64,000 nucleotides of DNA, from positions 263,269 through 327,268 of the forward strand of contig DASPLQ010000012.1 in assembly GCA_035627515.1 (NCBI GenBank), given 5' to 3'. Position numbers and translations under genes: made by a program. Origin of the DNA: Vitreimonas sp. GTDB lineage: Bacteria > Patescibacteriota > Microgenomatia > UBA1400 > PJMF01. The notes below the pieces were generated by a model that ran no database searches, was not told where the DNA came from, and saw only the letters and a program-made list of their open reading frames with translations. Every line of letters starts with the position of its first letter. The first letter of the stretch is position 1. Shown here piece after piece: positions 28,340 through 38,236 of the stretch.

Positions 28340-29083
28340 ATGGGAAGTAAAAAAAATATCACCATGAGCACCACTGAAGACACCGTCAAGATCGTGGCTG
28401 CTGCACAACCAGAAGATATGGCTCAAGCTACCGGCGAAGCCGCAGCTGAAGGCGCTGAAAATACCAGTGAAGCCAAAGCTGCTAAACCAAAAGTCGCTCG
28501 CGCTCGTGGTACGAAATACGTCGCTGTCCGCGCTCAAGTGGATAAAACTAAAACCTATGATCCGTTTGCTGCAGTGGAGTTAGTTAAAAAACTTTCCTAC
28601 AGTAAATTTGCTGGCACCATCACCGCTGATGCCGTCGTCCGCGAAGAGAACACTCAAGCTACCCTCACGTTCCCTCACTCTACTGGTCAAACTATCCGGG
28701 CAGTAGTTGTAAGTGAAGAGGTCTTGAAAGACATCGAAGCTGGCAACATCAATTTTGAAGTTTTAATCACCGAACCTCGTTTCATGCCTCAATTAGCTAA
28801 ATTCGCTAAAGTCTTAGGTCCTAAGGGCTTGATGCCTAACCCTAAAAATGGCACCGTCACCACCAATCCTGAGCTCAAAAAACAAGAGCTAGAAGGCGGT
28901 AAAGTGACGTTGAAGGGCGAGAAAAAAGCTCCTTTGATGCACGTCACCCTCGGTAAAACCGATATGGACACCAAAGCTTTAGTGGAAAACCTGCAAGCAT
29001 TGTTAAACGCTTTGAAAGGCAAAGTGGTGAAGCTCAGCCTGACCGCTACCATGAGTCCCAGTGTCAAAGTGACCGTGGCGTAA
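28340..29083 (+). CDS. rplA: 50S ribosomal protein L1 (with ~50-aa acidic/Ala-rich N-terminal extension)
   Basis: KYVAVRAQVDKTKTYD...VLGPKGLMPNPKNGTVT...MHVTLGK. L1 signature. Confidence 0.8.
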   Translation: MGSKKNITMSTTEDTVKIVAAAQPEDMAQATGEAAAEGAENTSEAKAAKPKVARARGTKYVAVRAQVDKTKTYDPFAAVELVKKLSYSKFAGTITADAVVREENTQATLTFPHSTGQTIRAVVVSEEVLKDIEAGNINFEVLITEPRFMPQLAKFAKVLGPKGLMPNPKNGTVTTNPELKKQELEGGKVTLKGEKKAPLMHVTLGKTDMDTKALVENLQALLNALKGKVVKLSLTATMSPSVKVTVA

Positions 29084-29098
29084 AGAAGTGCTTCATCA

Positions 29099-30052
29099 AT
29101 GCCGAAAGAACGTTTAAAACGCAAGCGTAGTCGCACTGAAGTAGAGACATCGTGGTTAACACCATCTCGTATTTTGAAAACACTGGGTGTATTAGGTGGA
29201 GTTGGCGCAGCTTTAGTCATTGGTCGTCAGGAATTGCGCTCAGATCATTCGCAGACTTCTACTTCTAATAACTCAGAAACTCACTCCCAGACCCTGGATC
29301 AACCTTCACGGTTTGAGTTATCTAGCTTGTTTTCCAGCGAAGCCGATCGCCAGCTTATTCTTAATAGCTCGGTGCATCTTTTAATCTATGACCAAAATGG
29401 TAGTTCTATTGGTCAGGCACGAGGTGGGTTAGCGATAGATACCAGTAGCAACCAAGTGGTGCTGCTAGCTGCTGCTCACTCAATTAAGCCAGAATATACC
29501 TACCAACTTACTGGACCCGCTCTATCTGCAGATTTAACTGTTAACGGCACTGCTTTTACGATTGATTCGCCTCAATTTCAGGAGTCTACGGCGCGACTAA
29601 TCATGGAAACTGGTCAAGTCAGCACTGTTGATCTCCCAGTAATAGCGCCTGAGACAAAGTTACTTACAACTGAGAGTTTTGTGACTGTCCCCTACGCGGA
29701 CCGAGATACCGTAGGCAACGTTTTCCAAGTTACAGAAATTACGGGTGATGGGGTGATTGTGTGGCGAACCATTGAATGGGATATGGTCGCTCGCCAACCA
29801 CAATTGGGTGATTGGCAAGCAGCACCTAATTCTACGCAAGTCCTAGGTGAAAGTTGTAATGGTGGGTCAGGGGCCGTTGCCCTCTTAACTGAATCCACAG
29901 CAAATGGCTTTCAACTAGTTCGCAATAACCTTGGCGAAGCGCTCGCTTTAGCTACGTTGGCAGGCAATGATCCACTCAATCCTACTGCTGAATATCGCAA
30001 AGGTGAGTTGAGTTGCAGTAATTTAGCACTCGGACTTTTGATTGGTCACTAA
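29099..30052 (+). CDS. hypothetical membrane-anchored protein, weak chymotrypsin-fold (S1) peptidase-like features
   Basis: N-terminal TM, LLAAAHSI (compare TAAHC) and SCNGGSGAVAL (compare CQGDSGGPLV). Speculative. Confidence 0.3.
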   Translation: MPKERLKRKRSRTEVETSWLTPSRILKTLGVLGGVGAALVIGRQELRSDHSQTSTSNNSETHSQTLDQPSRFELSSLFSSEADRQLILNSSVHLLIYDQNGSSIGQARGGLAIDTSSNQVVLLAAAHSIKPEYTYQLTGPALSADLTVNGTAFTIDSPQFQESTARLIMETGQVSTVDLPVIAPETKLLTTESFVTVPYADRDTVGNVFQVTEITGDGVIVWRTIEWDMVARQPQLGDWQAAPNSTQVLGESCNGGSGAVALLTESTANGFQLVRNNLGEALALATLAGNDPLNPTAEYRKGELSCSNLALGLLIGH

Positions 30053-30090
30053 ATTCCTCGATTTGAAGCGTCTTAAATAATATTTATACT

Positions 30091-31188
30091 ATGTCTGAGA
30101 GATGGTCTGACCGAACTAAACAACCTTCTTATATTAATGAGTCATGGAGATTGTTCGGGCGATTGCTACTGGCCAGCATCGTTACATTAGTTAATGGGAA
30201 TTTAGTTCTTCACCTTTTAAATAAACCTGCACAACCAAGAGAGCTAGACTCTCACATGGATAATTCTACTGGCACTGAGTACTTAGATGTAGTTCTAACA
30301 GACAGCCTAGAAAGCTATAGTCGAGAAATAGTTCGCTTCCCACCTTATTTTGTCAGCACGCAAGCCAATGAGCCAAGTAGTAACGGCCAAAAATTAGCTT
30401 TAATTTATCATGGACCTAACTGGAAAGATACTTTGCACATATACAGTTCTGGGGAAAACGAACCTCTCACCTTCGGCCCGTTAACTCCTGGTTTTAGAGA
30501 TGCGATTGAATGGTCTCCAGCTGGCAATTACTTAGCCATGAGTGTGCTACTGTCAGGTGATGGCAGAGACTATGGCCTTATGGTCTTTGATGTCACTTCA
30601 GATCAGGCTTGGCAACAAGGTCCCGAGGTAATTACTAGTCCACTAGGGGCTGCTGATCCCACCTGGTTTGCTTGGTCCCCTACTGGAGAATATCTTGCTT
30701 GGTCGGAGGGCACCGACATACGTATCAAAGTAATGCCCGAAAAGCTGCCCATGCGTCCCGAGTTTAAGCCTGTCGCTAAAAGTTTATTGACGTGGATAGA
30801 TGAACACCAAGTGGTCTTTGTAGATTATCGAACTTCAGGTCCATCCACCATTGGCAACCTTTATTTGTATGATATAAGAACACAAGAAAGTACTTTAATT
30901 AAAGAGCTGGAAGGTACTGAATGGATACCTCAACTTAATAATGTTATTTTTGTCCTGGGTTCGGCTGAAGGTAAATGGGTAGGACTCGGGACTACTCATA
31001 ACACAAATTTTGAGTTCGGCATTTTTGACTTTGCAGGTAATCTAATTGGAACAAGTTCATTACCAGTATTACCTCTAGGCCCTCTCGGAGATCACTATGT
31101 GCTACAAAAGATTATCTGTGAACCAAATAAACTCACCGGTATTTATAGTAATGGCGAATTAAGAGCTGCTGAGATTATTTTTCATTAA
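30091..31188 (+). CDS. membrane-anchored PD40/TolB-like beta-propeller repeat protein
   Basis: Repeated WSPAGNYLAM / WSPTGEYLAW motifs typical of PD40 repeats. N-terminal TM. Confidence 0.45.
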   Translation: MSERWSDRTKQPSYINESWRLFGRLLLASIVTLVNGNLVLHLLNKPAQPRELDSHMDNSTGTEYLDVVLTDSLESYSREIVRFPPYFVSTQANEPSSNGQKLALIYHGPNWKDTLHIYSSGENEPLTFGPLTPGFRDAIEWSPAGNYLAMSVLLSGDGRDYGLMVFDVTSDQAWQQGPEVITSPLGAADPTWFAWSPTGEYLAWSEGTDIRIKVMPEKLPMRPEFKPVAKSLLTWIDEHQVVFVDYRTSGPSTIGNLYLYDIRTQESTLIKELEGTEWIPQLNNVIFVLGSAEGKWVGLGTTHNTNFEFGIFDFAGNLIGTSSLPVLPLGPLGDHYVLQKIICEPNKLTGIYSNGELRAAEIIFH

Positions 31189-31437
31189 AAGTGTCTTTAC
31201 TATCTTCTGGCCTGGATAAGTCCCATAACTTTGACTTTTTCTCACTTTTATTGTAATATGTATTTAGTGTGTATTTTTCTAAATGGGCATTGCGCCTATT
31301 TTAGAGAAAACTCGCTCTTTAACACTGGATTTAGCACCTGAGTACCGATGAGTTCTTCTTTTTAATAAGGCGGATTGATCGGTGCTCAGGATGGGCCTGA
31401 GCCGTAATGTTTTAGTTTTGTTCAGGAGCTTAAAAAA

Positions 31438-31836
31438 ATGGATGCGGTAGTAGTAATCAATTCACCAAAAACCCCAGCCGGAGACAATCTTTTAACCCAA
31501 ATTTCATTATTTGGAGTAGAAGTTGTAGAAGGAGACTTGGGGAAAAGTGGAGAACTCTTTTTGGAATTTGTAAGGGGGGGTGCATTTGCATTATTGTTCT
31601 GGTGGAAAGATTTAGAATATCAACCTCCCACCTTTGAACAATATTTAGCAGAAATCCTCAAGGTTGCCTTGCCAGAAAAAAAGGTGGTTATTGTCTTTGA
31701 GTATCAACCGTACTTCAATCTTCCTCAAGAATTTGCTAATCAATGGCAGATTATATTAAGGGAGGACGCGGATACGGATGACATTTGGGGAATTTTGATA
31801 GGCGCTACTCAGATTCCTAAGCGCCTGAATAAATAA
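31438..31836 (+). CDS. hypothetical protein
   Basis: 132-aa ORF with an SD-like GGAGC upstream. No motifs. Confidence 0.35.
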   Translation: MDAVVVINSPKTPAGDNLLTQISLFGVEVVEGDLGKSGELFLEFVRGGAFALLFWWKDLEYQPPTFEQYLAEILKVALPEKKVVIVFEYQPYFNLPQEFANQWQIILREDADTDDIWGILIGATQIPKRLNK

Positions 31837-31935
31837 CCCGCTAAAATCCAGCCCGACTCCCCTCGCTTAACCGTGAGGGGGTCAATCTCAAACTGAGATA
31901 AAATATGTCACTTTAAGATTGATTCAACAAAAAAA

Positions 31936-31966
31936 GCCTCGGACTGCTCACGAGGCTTTTTTGATT
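31936..31966. terminator. bidirectional intrinsic terminator between convergent genes (hypothetical 31438..31836 and thrS)
   Basis: AAAAAAAGCCTCG-gactgctcac-GAGGCTTTTTTGA: a hairpin flanked by an A-run and a T-run. Confidence 0.5.
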
Positions 31967-31981
31967 TTTACTTAAGTGAAA

Positions 31982-33754
31982 TTACACTTTATCTTTAATT
32001 TCTTTATTTAACTTGGCCACAAATTCTTCGAGCTTCATGACTTCAGGTTTGGACTTGGGTTCGGCGCCACGAGCGTTGACTGCCACCGAGCCACTCTCCA
32101 TTTCCTTGTCACCAATGACTAAGACATAGGGAATTTTTTCCAGTTTGGCATCACGGATCTTGGCCGACAAGCTTTCCGCCCGATCATCGAACTCCACGCG
32201 CATCTTTTCTGAACTCAACTCATGGACCACTTGTTGAGAGTACTCATGATGACGATCAGCAATTGGCAAGACGCGCACTTGTGTGGGCGCCATCCAGAGT
32301 GGGAATGCCCCGGCATAGTGCTCGATCAAGAAGGCCATCACGCGTTCAATGGCACCAATCGAAGAGCGATGAACCACAATTGGTTGCTCCTCTACCCCGG
32401 CTTCATTGACAAATTTCAGATCAAAACGCTTCGGCATCACGAAGTCATACTGGACGGTAAAAGCCGTATCTTCTTTACCATTGACGTTACGCATTTGAAC
32501 GTCAATTTTAGGGCCGTAAAAGGCGGCTTCTTGGGGTGCTTCCACGAAGTGGGCGTCTCTCTCTTCCAGCACTGAGCGCAAGACGTTTTCCGCAAAATCC
32601 CATGACTCATCGTCTTTGAAGTATTTTTTATCATCAGAGCGATCACCCAGTGACAAGCGATACCAGAATTGTTCACCTGGAGTAAACTTGAAAATATTAG
32701 AGATGTACTCGATCAAATCAAGCACGCCATTGATCTCTGATTTAGCTTGTTCGCGCCGACACACAATGTGAGCATCTGCCAAACAAAAACTGCGCACGCG
32801 CTGCAACCCGCTCAACTCTCCCGATTGCTCATAGCGATACAACTTGGCTAATTCAGCAAAGCGCATCGGCAGTTCTTTGTAGGAGTGAGGCCGGCTGGAG
32901 TACAACTCGAAGTGGTGAGGGCACGTCATCGGCCGCAACATGTACTCCTCCTCGTCGATCACAATCGGGGCGTACATCGAGTCCTTGTAGTACGGATAGT
33001 GACCTGATTTTTTGTAGAGGTCTAAGTTGGCAATATCAGGCGTATAAACGTGTAAGTAACCACGTTTAATTTCCTCATCCACGATAAAGCGCTCCAGCTC
33101 GCGGCGGACAGCGGCACCTTTGGGTGTCCAAAGTGGCAAGCCTTTACCCACCGTGTCAGAAAACACAAATAAATCGAGTTCTTTACCCAATTTTTTGTGG
33201 TCACGAGCTTTGGCTTCAGCTTGGCGCTGCAGATACTCATCCAGTTCTGCCTGCGAAGGCCAGGCTGTACCATAAATCCGCGTTAACATTGGGTTCTTCT
33301 CATCGCCTAACCAATAGGCACCCGCCACCGATTGCAGTTTAAAATACTTCAGCTCTTCGGCAGGATTTTCGACGTGGCCACCTTTGCACAAATCCCAGTA
33401 CTCACCCGATTTATAAAATGTGATCGTTTTGCCTTCTTCCGCGAACTTATCAATCAATTCATGTTTGTATTGGTTGCTAGGATATTCTTTTTTGGCATCA
33501 GCGACTGACAGCTCAAAACGCTCAAACTGTTTCCAGTTGGGTAACATTTCCCGCATCTTTTTTTCAATCGCCGGGAAGTCCGCTTCAGACACTGGCTTGC
33601 TAAACTCAAAATCAAAATAAAAGCCATTTTCGATGTTCGGTCCAATCGTGCGCTTGGTATCTGGCCACAGCTCCATCACGGCCGCAGCTAATAAATGAGC
33701 AACTGAGTGACGCAAATTATCTAAGTATTCTTGATCATGTTTGGGTTTTGACAT
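31982..33754 (-). CDS. thrS: threonine--tRNA ligase (lacks N-terminal TGS domain)
   Basis: Class II aaRS motifs, an editing-domain start (HSVAHLLAAAVMELWP) and a C-terminal anticodon-binding domain. The ATG at 33754 is preferred over the TTG at 33769 in the ORF track. Confidence 0.85.
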   Translation of the reverse strand: MSKPKHDQEYLDNLRHSVAHLLAAAVMELWPDTKRTIGPNIENGFYFDFEFSKPVSEADFPAIEKKMREMLPNWKQFERFELSVADAKKEYPSNQYKHELIDKFAEEGKTITFYKSGEYWDLCKGGHVENPAEELKYFKLQSVAGAYWLGDEKNPMLTRIYGTAWPSQAELDEYLQRQAEAKARDHKKLGKELDLFVFSDTVGKGLPLWTPKGAAVRRELERFIVDEEIKRGYLHVYTPDIANLDLYKKSGHYPYYKDSMYAPIVIDEEEYMLRPMTCPHHFELYSSRPHSYKELPMRFAELAKLYRYEQSGELSGLQRVRSFCLADAHIVCRREQAKSEINGVLDLIEYISNIFKFTPGEQFWYRLSLGDRSDDKKYFKDDESWDFAENVLRSVLEERDAHFVEAPQEAAFYGPKIDVQMRNVNGKEDTAFTVQYDFVMPKRFDLKFVNEAGVEEQPIVVHRSSIGAIERVMAFLIEHYAGAFPLWMAPTQVRVLPIADRHHEYSQQVVHELSSEKMRVEFDDRAESLSAKIRDAKLEKIPYVLVIGDKEMESGSVAVNARGAEPKSKPEVMKLEEFVAKLNKEIKDKV

Positions 33755-33905
33755 ATGTTTAAATTCCAAATTTTAAATCTCAAATTCCCAAATTAGTACG
33801 CTCGCTATCGAATTGAATTTTGGAATTTGGATTTTTACTAATTACTACTATTCTACCGCTCCGAACTGGCCTTCGGAGTATTAAAAAACCTCCCGGCCGG
33901 GGGAG

Positions 33906-36900
33906 GTGTTCAGTTTCGGTCTAGCCAGCCAAAACTACTCCCCTGCCGGGATGGTAGTAGTGGTGGTAGTAGTCCGAACTAAGAATTTCATCAGTGCTAG
34001 TATACCATATTTACTCCGCCCAACTTTTTACTCTAAAATAGAGTTTATGGCTACTAATGAGCTAAAAAAAACTATAGTTGAAACATCTGAACCAGCTTCA
34101 CCTTCGCCAGTTCCAACCAAGACAGCAGATCGCGATAAACCAGAACGCTTCAAACGACTGAAAACCCTGGGGCGGAAGGGTCTCTATTTAGTCGTTTTAA
34201 CTGCAATGCTTGGCAATGTTGGAGGCGGTTACTTGCTCGGCAAAAAAATACTTGAAGCCCAAAACCCTTCCGACATATCTCAGATCCTGGAAGGTGAAGA
34301 TGGGGGCTCGTTAACAACACTTCTCCAGGCCTATGAAGCTCAAAAACTGCGTGAACACTCCCTGACCAATGACCAACAACGGGCTCAAATCGGCTTAGAA
34401 TTTATTGATGACCGTACTGAGGGTGGTGGCAATGAACGGCTCGAGGAACAACTCTCTCAGAAATACCTCGATGCCACTACACACGCCCTGGTATTAGAAA
34501 CTGTAAGTGGCCTGAATGAAGCGCAGTTCGGCCCTTATCTAATAGCTGAATTAAAGAAACCTGATTCTGAAATTGGGGCGAGTTTGCGAGAAGATATTCA
34601 AACAAAAGTCGAGGCTGAACTTAATCGCGCCGTGGAACACATCTTGGCTGGTGGCACGCTCAGCACGATTGCTAATCCTGATTTTTTCCGCACACTGGTG
34701 GAAACCCAACAAGAAGAACTCACTACCTGGTTTTCATACTATCTAGAACCAACTTTTGGCCAGTTGAAAATAAATCCCGCTTATCAAGAATTTTTTACAG
34801 CCTATGAAATTGAGTCCATTGCTGATTTAGCACCTTACTTACCCACCAGCCTCTGGCGGTATCTCCTGGTTCATACCCTTGGCTTTACTGGTCTCGATCA
34901 GCAATATATGGAAGCTCAGCCCATTCATGAGTTGAGCATCTACGTGAGTGAGCTCATCTCGCGGGCTCCCAGTGTTCGTACTGGCCAACGCCTGACACCT
35001 GACCAACTCCGCATGAGCAACGAGACTTTTTATCAAACCTATAATCTATTGATGATTGTGGCTACTGAGCAAATTGATGACAGTGAGGAAGCTTTCACTC
35101 CGGAAATGTACTGGGATTTCTTCCAGATTCCCCGGTTGTTAAACATCGAGTTTGGCATCTATTGTGAGTTGCTCGGTAATGTTTTTCTCCCTCAAGATAA
35201 GTTGCAGTATATTCCCATTACAGGTAAGCATGTGGGTAATCCATTTACCCAAACTTCCACGCCACTATCAGTGCTAGCCTTCAAAGCCAATAATGAGCAC
35301 ACACCCCTCCGCTTATCGAAGTTAGTTTTGACTGACTCATATCAACAGCTCACCATCCTCAAAGAGCTGTTTGAGCAACGCTTTCCGAGTGCTTCGGGAG
35401 CCACTTTCGAGCAATTTCTCCAGTTTCTGATCGAGACTGATCACAACTTAGCAGCCACCAATTACTCCACCTTTGAAATAACCCGGTTGTTTACCTTTTC
35501 CCCCGATTTTACGAACCGGCAACTCGACCTGGAAAATGCTCACACGCTGTTGGAGTTGTTCAGTCGTCTTCATGGAAATGACGTCATGATGCGCGTTTTT
35601 CTAGAGGATCTCACCCAACGTGATTTTAGTTTATTTAGAGTGGAGATGTGGTTCCAACTGGCTGAAGAGTTTGGCGTCGGTCCATTTGCGGCCAACCTCG
35701 ACAATCAACCCTTTCCCGAACCTCGCTTTACTTTAACCACTAATTCCGATAATACCTTCCTCCCTTACGAACAGCAATCCATCGTGAATCTCTTGCGGAC
35801 TGTCCAGAGAGAAGCAGAACGGAATGGTATTTCCCCCGACAAGATGCCTCAATTTTTGTCTTTTTGGTTGTCAGTAGTAGTTTTCCCTTCACCATCATTC
35901 ACTGATCCCTACCCACTTGAAATCATTGATGAGGCCCACATCGCTCAATTAGTCAGTATTTTCAATCGCCATGAAGACGATCTGATGCTGTTATTCAGCC
36001 CCGATCTGGAGTTGATTAGCACTGTTTCTGATACCCCGAAGGTAGACTCCCTTTATCAGTATTTATTTAATTATCCTACCTACATATTTCACGAGAGTTT
36101 TTCACAGTACCCTGAGTTCCACAACTGGTTTTCAGCGGCACTGACCAGACTCAAAACCGAGTCTGCACAGGACTGGGCTAAGCTTTCCGACCCCCTTCAT
36201 CCTCAGCTTTCCGAAATTAAGGATGATTTTGGCTCTCAATTGAACTACTTGTTTTTCGATGAGCGCTCTCTCTCTTTAGCTCACATCGCTCAAGAAGCCC
36301 TGGGCCTGCCCCTTGATCAAGAACTTTCCGATGAAGAAGCACTCGCCTTTGGCCATTTTTACTTCAGCCTTGCTGACGCTGAAGGTCGCTATAATGAAAT
36401 TATTCCCGAATTAGCCACTATTGCTCTCAAAGCTTGGTTGCCATATCGCCACTATGCTAGTTGGCAACGTGATCATTATCTTCATTTTGACCCCACTTTT
36501 TTCCTTAATTACCTTGTCACCCCTGAGACTACCCCCGATAACCCTCAGGACAGTCGGTTTTTTAACGAAGCCCTCCTCAGTCAAGCCTTGGAGTTGTGGC
36601 GGCAACGTCTCCAACCAGTCAGAGAGGTTCTGGATGAGGCTGGCTTAACTGACGCTGAGTTTGCATTTTTGATCAGAATCGCTAAGCCGACTACCAGTCT
36701 TAATGCCTACTTTAACACCTACGATCAGGACCCTAGTAACGGCATCGAAGCCGCCGATGCTACCCAAATTACTAGTGAACTCCAAGAATTGCTGGCCTTA
36801 ATAACTGAGCTCAAAGCTCTCGGCAGATATGAATTATTTGTGCAGTTACTATCGCAAGTAGACTCGCGAAATGTGGATATAACTGTCACTTCGGAAGCGG

Positions 36901-37949
36901 TAGCTTTAGCTCGTTATTTCTGCTTGGAAACTGAGTACGATTTAGCAGCTTTACAACCGGCCTTTAGTCGTCAAATTACTGGCATTATTTCCGGACAAAT
37001 TGCTGCCCTCGGGACGCAACGCTACATTGAGACACTGGAAAGTTTGCTGGATCAAGATATCCCCCAACCCTTAGCTGAACTGTTTATTGATTTAGCGCCA
37101 TATATTATTGATGCTGATCCCACTAGCTCAAACCTCGAAGCTCAACTAGCTCAAACAATCATTACCATGTCTGACGCCGAGCGACAAGGATTTGCTGCCT
37201 TTGTGACACCAATCATTAGACAGCGTGAAACACCTTTAACACGATCACAGTGGTGGTACCTGTGGCGAATATGGGAAACTACTCCTGAACAATTTAATAA
37301 CCGCTTAAGTCATATCTTTTTTGGCACCGAGCAAGATCAGAGCAATCGTGAACACCATATTAATGGCCTCGGGTTTGTAATTCCCCTTGATACTAACTCA
37401 GCTACCGCTTTTTCTGAGCCAGAATTTCGTTCCGCTTGGTGGGGCGACCCGGCTAGCCCTAATGCTTACCATCATAAAAAACCAACGCTCCTGTTTGTTC
37501 GTATGCTGAGGCCTGCCTTGCCTTCAACAAATGGCCTGCCACCCAGCTTAAGTGATCTGCAAGAACAAACCACGGTTGTGCCAGCTACCACCTATGAGGC
37601 CACCACTTGGATTCCCCGTATGGCTGAGCCTTTAATCTTCAAAGCCGGCGAGCAAATTTACTTATTTGTGCCCACTCTACGCGAGGATCAACTCACCGAT
37701 GCTGTCATTGAACAAGCCGCCAATGAACTTGGTCTGGCACGGAATGATCTGCAAATCTATCGCCTGCCCAGTATCAACACAGATTATTACACCCCCACTG
37801 TTTTACTGGCCAACAACTATCACATCATGAGTACCGATGGCATTCCTATTCCCCATCGAAGAGCGGATGATTTCTTCCTCAACGTGGGACCAGAGGGAGG
37901 TGACTTGAGTGAGGGCATCTTTACCGTAACGGCCATTAGAAGTCAGTAA
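33906..37949 (+). CDS. giant hypothetical protein (~1300 aa); likely start at ATG 34047 (MATNELKK)
   Basis: Uninterrupted 4-kb ORF. One TM near the N-terminus (LYLVVLTAMLGNVGGGYLLG). No recognisable catalytic motifs. Confidence 0.5.
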   Translation: MFSFGLASQNYSPAGMVVVVVVVRTKNFISASIPYLLRPTFYSKIEFMATNELKKTIVETSEPASPSPVPTKTADRDKPERFKRLKTLGRKGLYLVVLTAMLGNVGGGYLLGKKILEAQNPSDISQILEGEDGGSLTTLLQAYEAQKLREHSLTNDQQRAQIGLEFIDDRTEGGGNERLEEQLSQKYLDATTHALVLETVSGLNEAQFGPYLIAELKKPDSEIGASLREDIQTKVEAELNRAVEHILAGGTLSTIANPDFFRTLVETQQEELTTWFSYYLEPTFGQLKINPAYQEFFTAYEIESIADLAPYLPTSLWRYLLVHTLGFTGLDQQYMEAQPIHELSIYVSELISRAPSVRTGQRLTPDQLRMSNETFYQTYNLLMIVATEQIDDSEEAFTPEMYWDFFQIPRLLNIEFGIYCELLGNVFLPQDKLQYIPITGKHVGNPFTQTSTPLSVLAFKANNEHTPLRLSKLVLTDSYQQLTILKELFEQRFPSASGATFEQFLQFLIETDHNLAATNYSTFEITRLFTFSPDFTNRQLDLENAHTLLELFSRLHGNDVMMRVFLEDLTQRDFSLFRVEMWFQLAEEFGVGPFAANLDNQPFPEPRFTLTTNSDNTFLPYEQQSIVNLLRTVQREAERNGISPDKMPQFLSFWLSVVVFPSPSFTDPYPLEIIDEAHIAQLVSIFNRHEDDLMLLFSPDLELISTVSDTPKVDSLYQYLFNYPTYIFHESFSQYPEFHNWFSAALTRLKTESAQDWAKLSDPLHPQLSEIKDDFGSQLNYLFFDERSLSLAHIAQEALGLPLDQELSDEEALAFGHFYFSLADAEGRYNEIIPELATIALKAWLPYRHYASWQRDHYLHFDPTFFLNYLVTPETTPDNPQDSRFFNEALLSQALELWRQRLQPVREVLDEAGLTDAEFAFLIRIAKPTTSLNAYFNTYDQDPSNGIEAADATQITSELQELLALITELKALGRYELFVQLLSQVDSRNVDITVTSEAVALARYFCLETEYDLAALQPAFSRQITGIISGQIAALGTQRYIETLESLLDQDIPQPLAELFIDLAPYIIDADPTSSNLEAQLAQTIITMSDAERQGFAAFVTPIIRQRETPLTRSQWWYLWRIWETTPEQFNNRLSHIFFGTEQDQSNREHHINGLGFVIPLDTNSATAFSEPEFRSAWWGDPASPNAYHHKKPTLLFVRMLRPALPSTNGLPPSLSDLQEQTTVVPATTYEATTWIPRMAEPLIFKAGEQIYLFVPTLREDQLTDAVIEQAANELGLARNDLQIYRLPSINTDYYTPTVLLANNYHIMSTDGIPIPHRRADDFFLNVGPEGGDLSEGIFTVTAIRSQ

Positions 37950-38006
37950 AACTCTCGCAACACATAGACTAACCTGTCCACCAGGGAAAAATGAATTGTC
38001 AGGCTG

Positions 38007-38035
38007 TTGTCATTTCCCCAATCTTGCGGTATACT
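38007..38035 (+). promoter_or_regulatory. sigma70-type promoter for rplJ-rplL
   Basis: TTGTCA-N17-TATACT, about 200 nt upstream of rplJ. Confidence 0.4.
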
Positions 38036-38168
38036 ACTCCCAATCCAAAGACAGCGTGTGTTCACGAAGAACTTAATATCACGCCGAGGAAAAGCACATT
38101 TTCATATCTTCAAAGTTTAAATTCTTTTAGAATTTGAATTTTTGGTTTTGAAATTTATTCTTTTTCCT

Positions 38169-38196
38169 CGCTCCCTTCCAGGAGCGTTTTTGTTTT
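38169..38196 (+). promoter_or_regulatory. hairpin plus T-tract in the rplJ leader (attenuator-like)
   Basis: CGCTCC-cttcca-GGAGCG followed by TTTTTGTTTT, about 40 nt upstream of the rplJ start. Recalls leader attenuation and L10 autoregulation described for rplJL in other bacteria. Confidence 0.35.
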
Positions 38197-38236
38197 ATAC
38201 GGAACTAATTGAATCAAGTACCCCGGAAAGGGTGAG

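Noticed and set aside
33754-33905. T-box riboswitch upstream of thrS
   Set aside because: The leader is only about 150 nt and lacks the T-box consensus (AAUUAGGGUGGNACCGCG) and a specifier loop.
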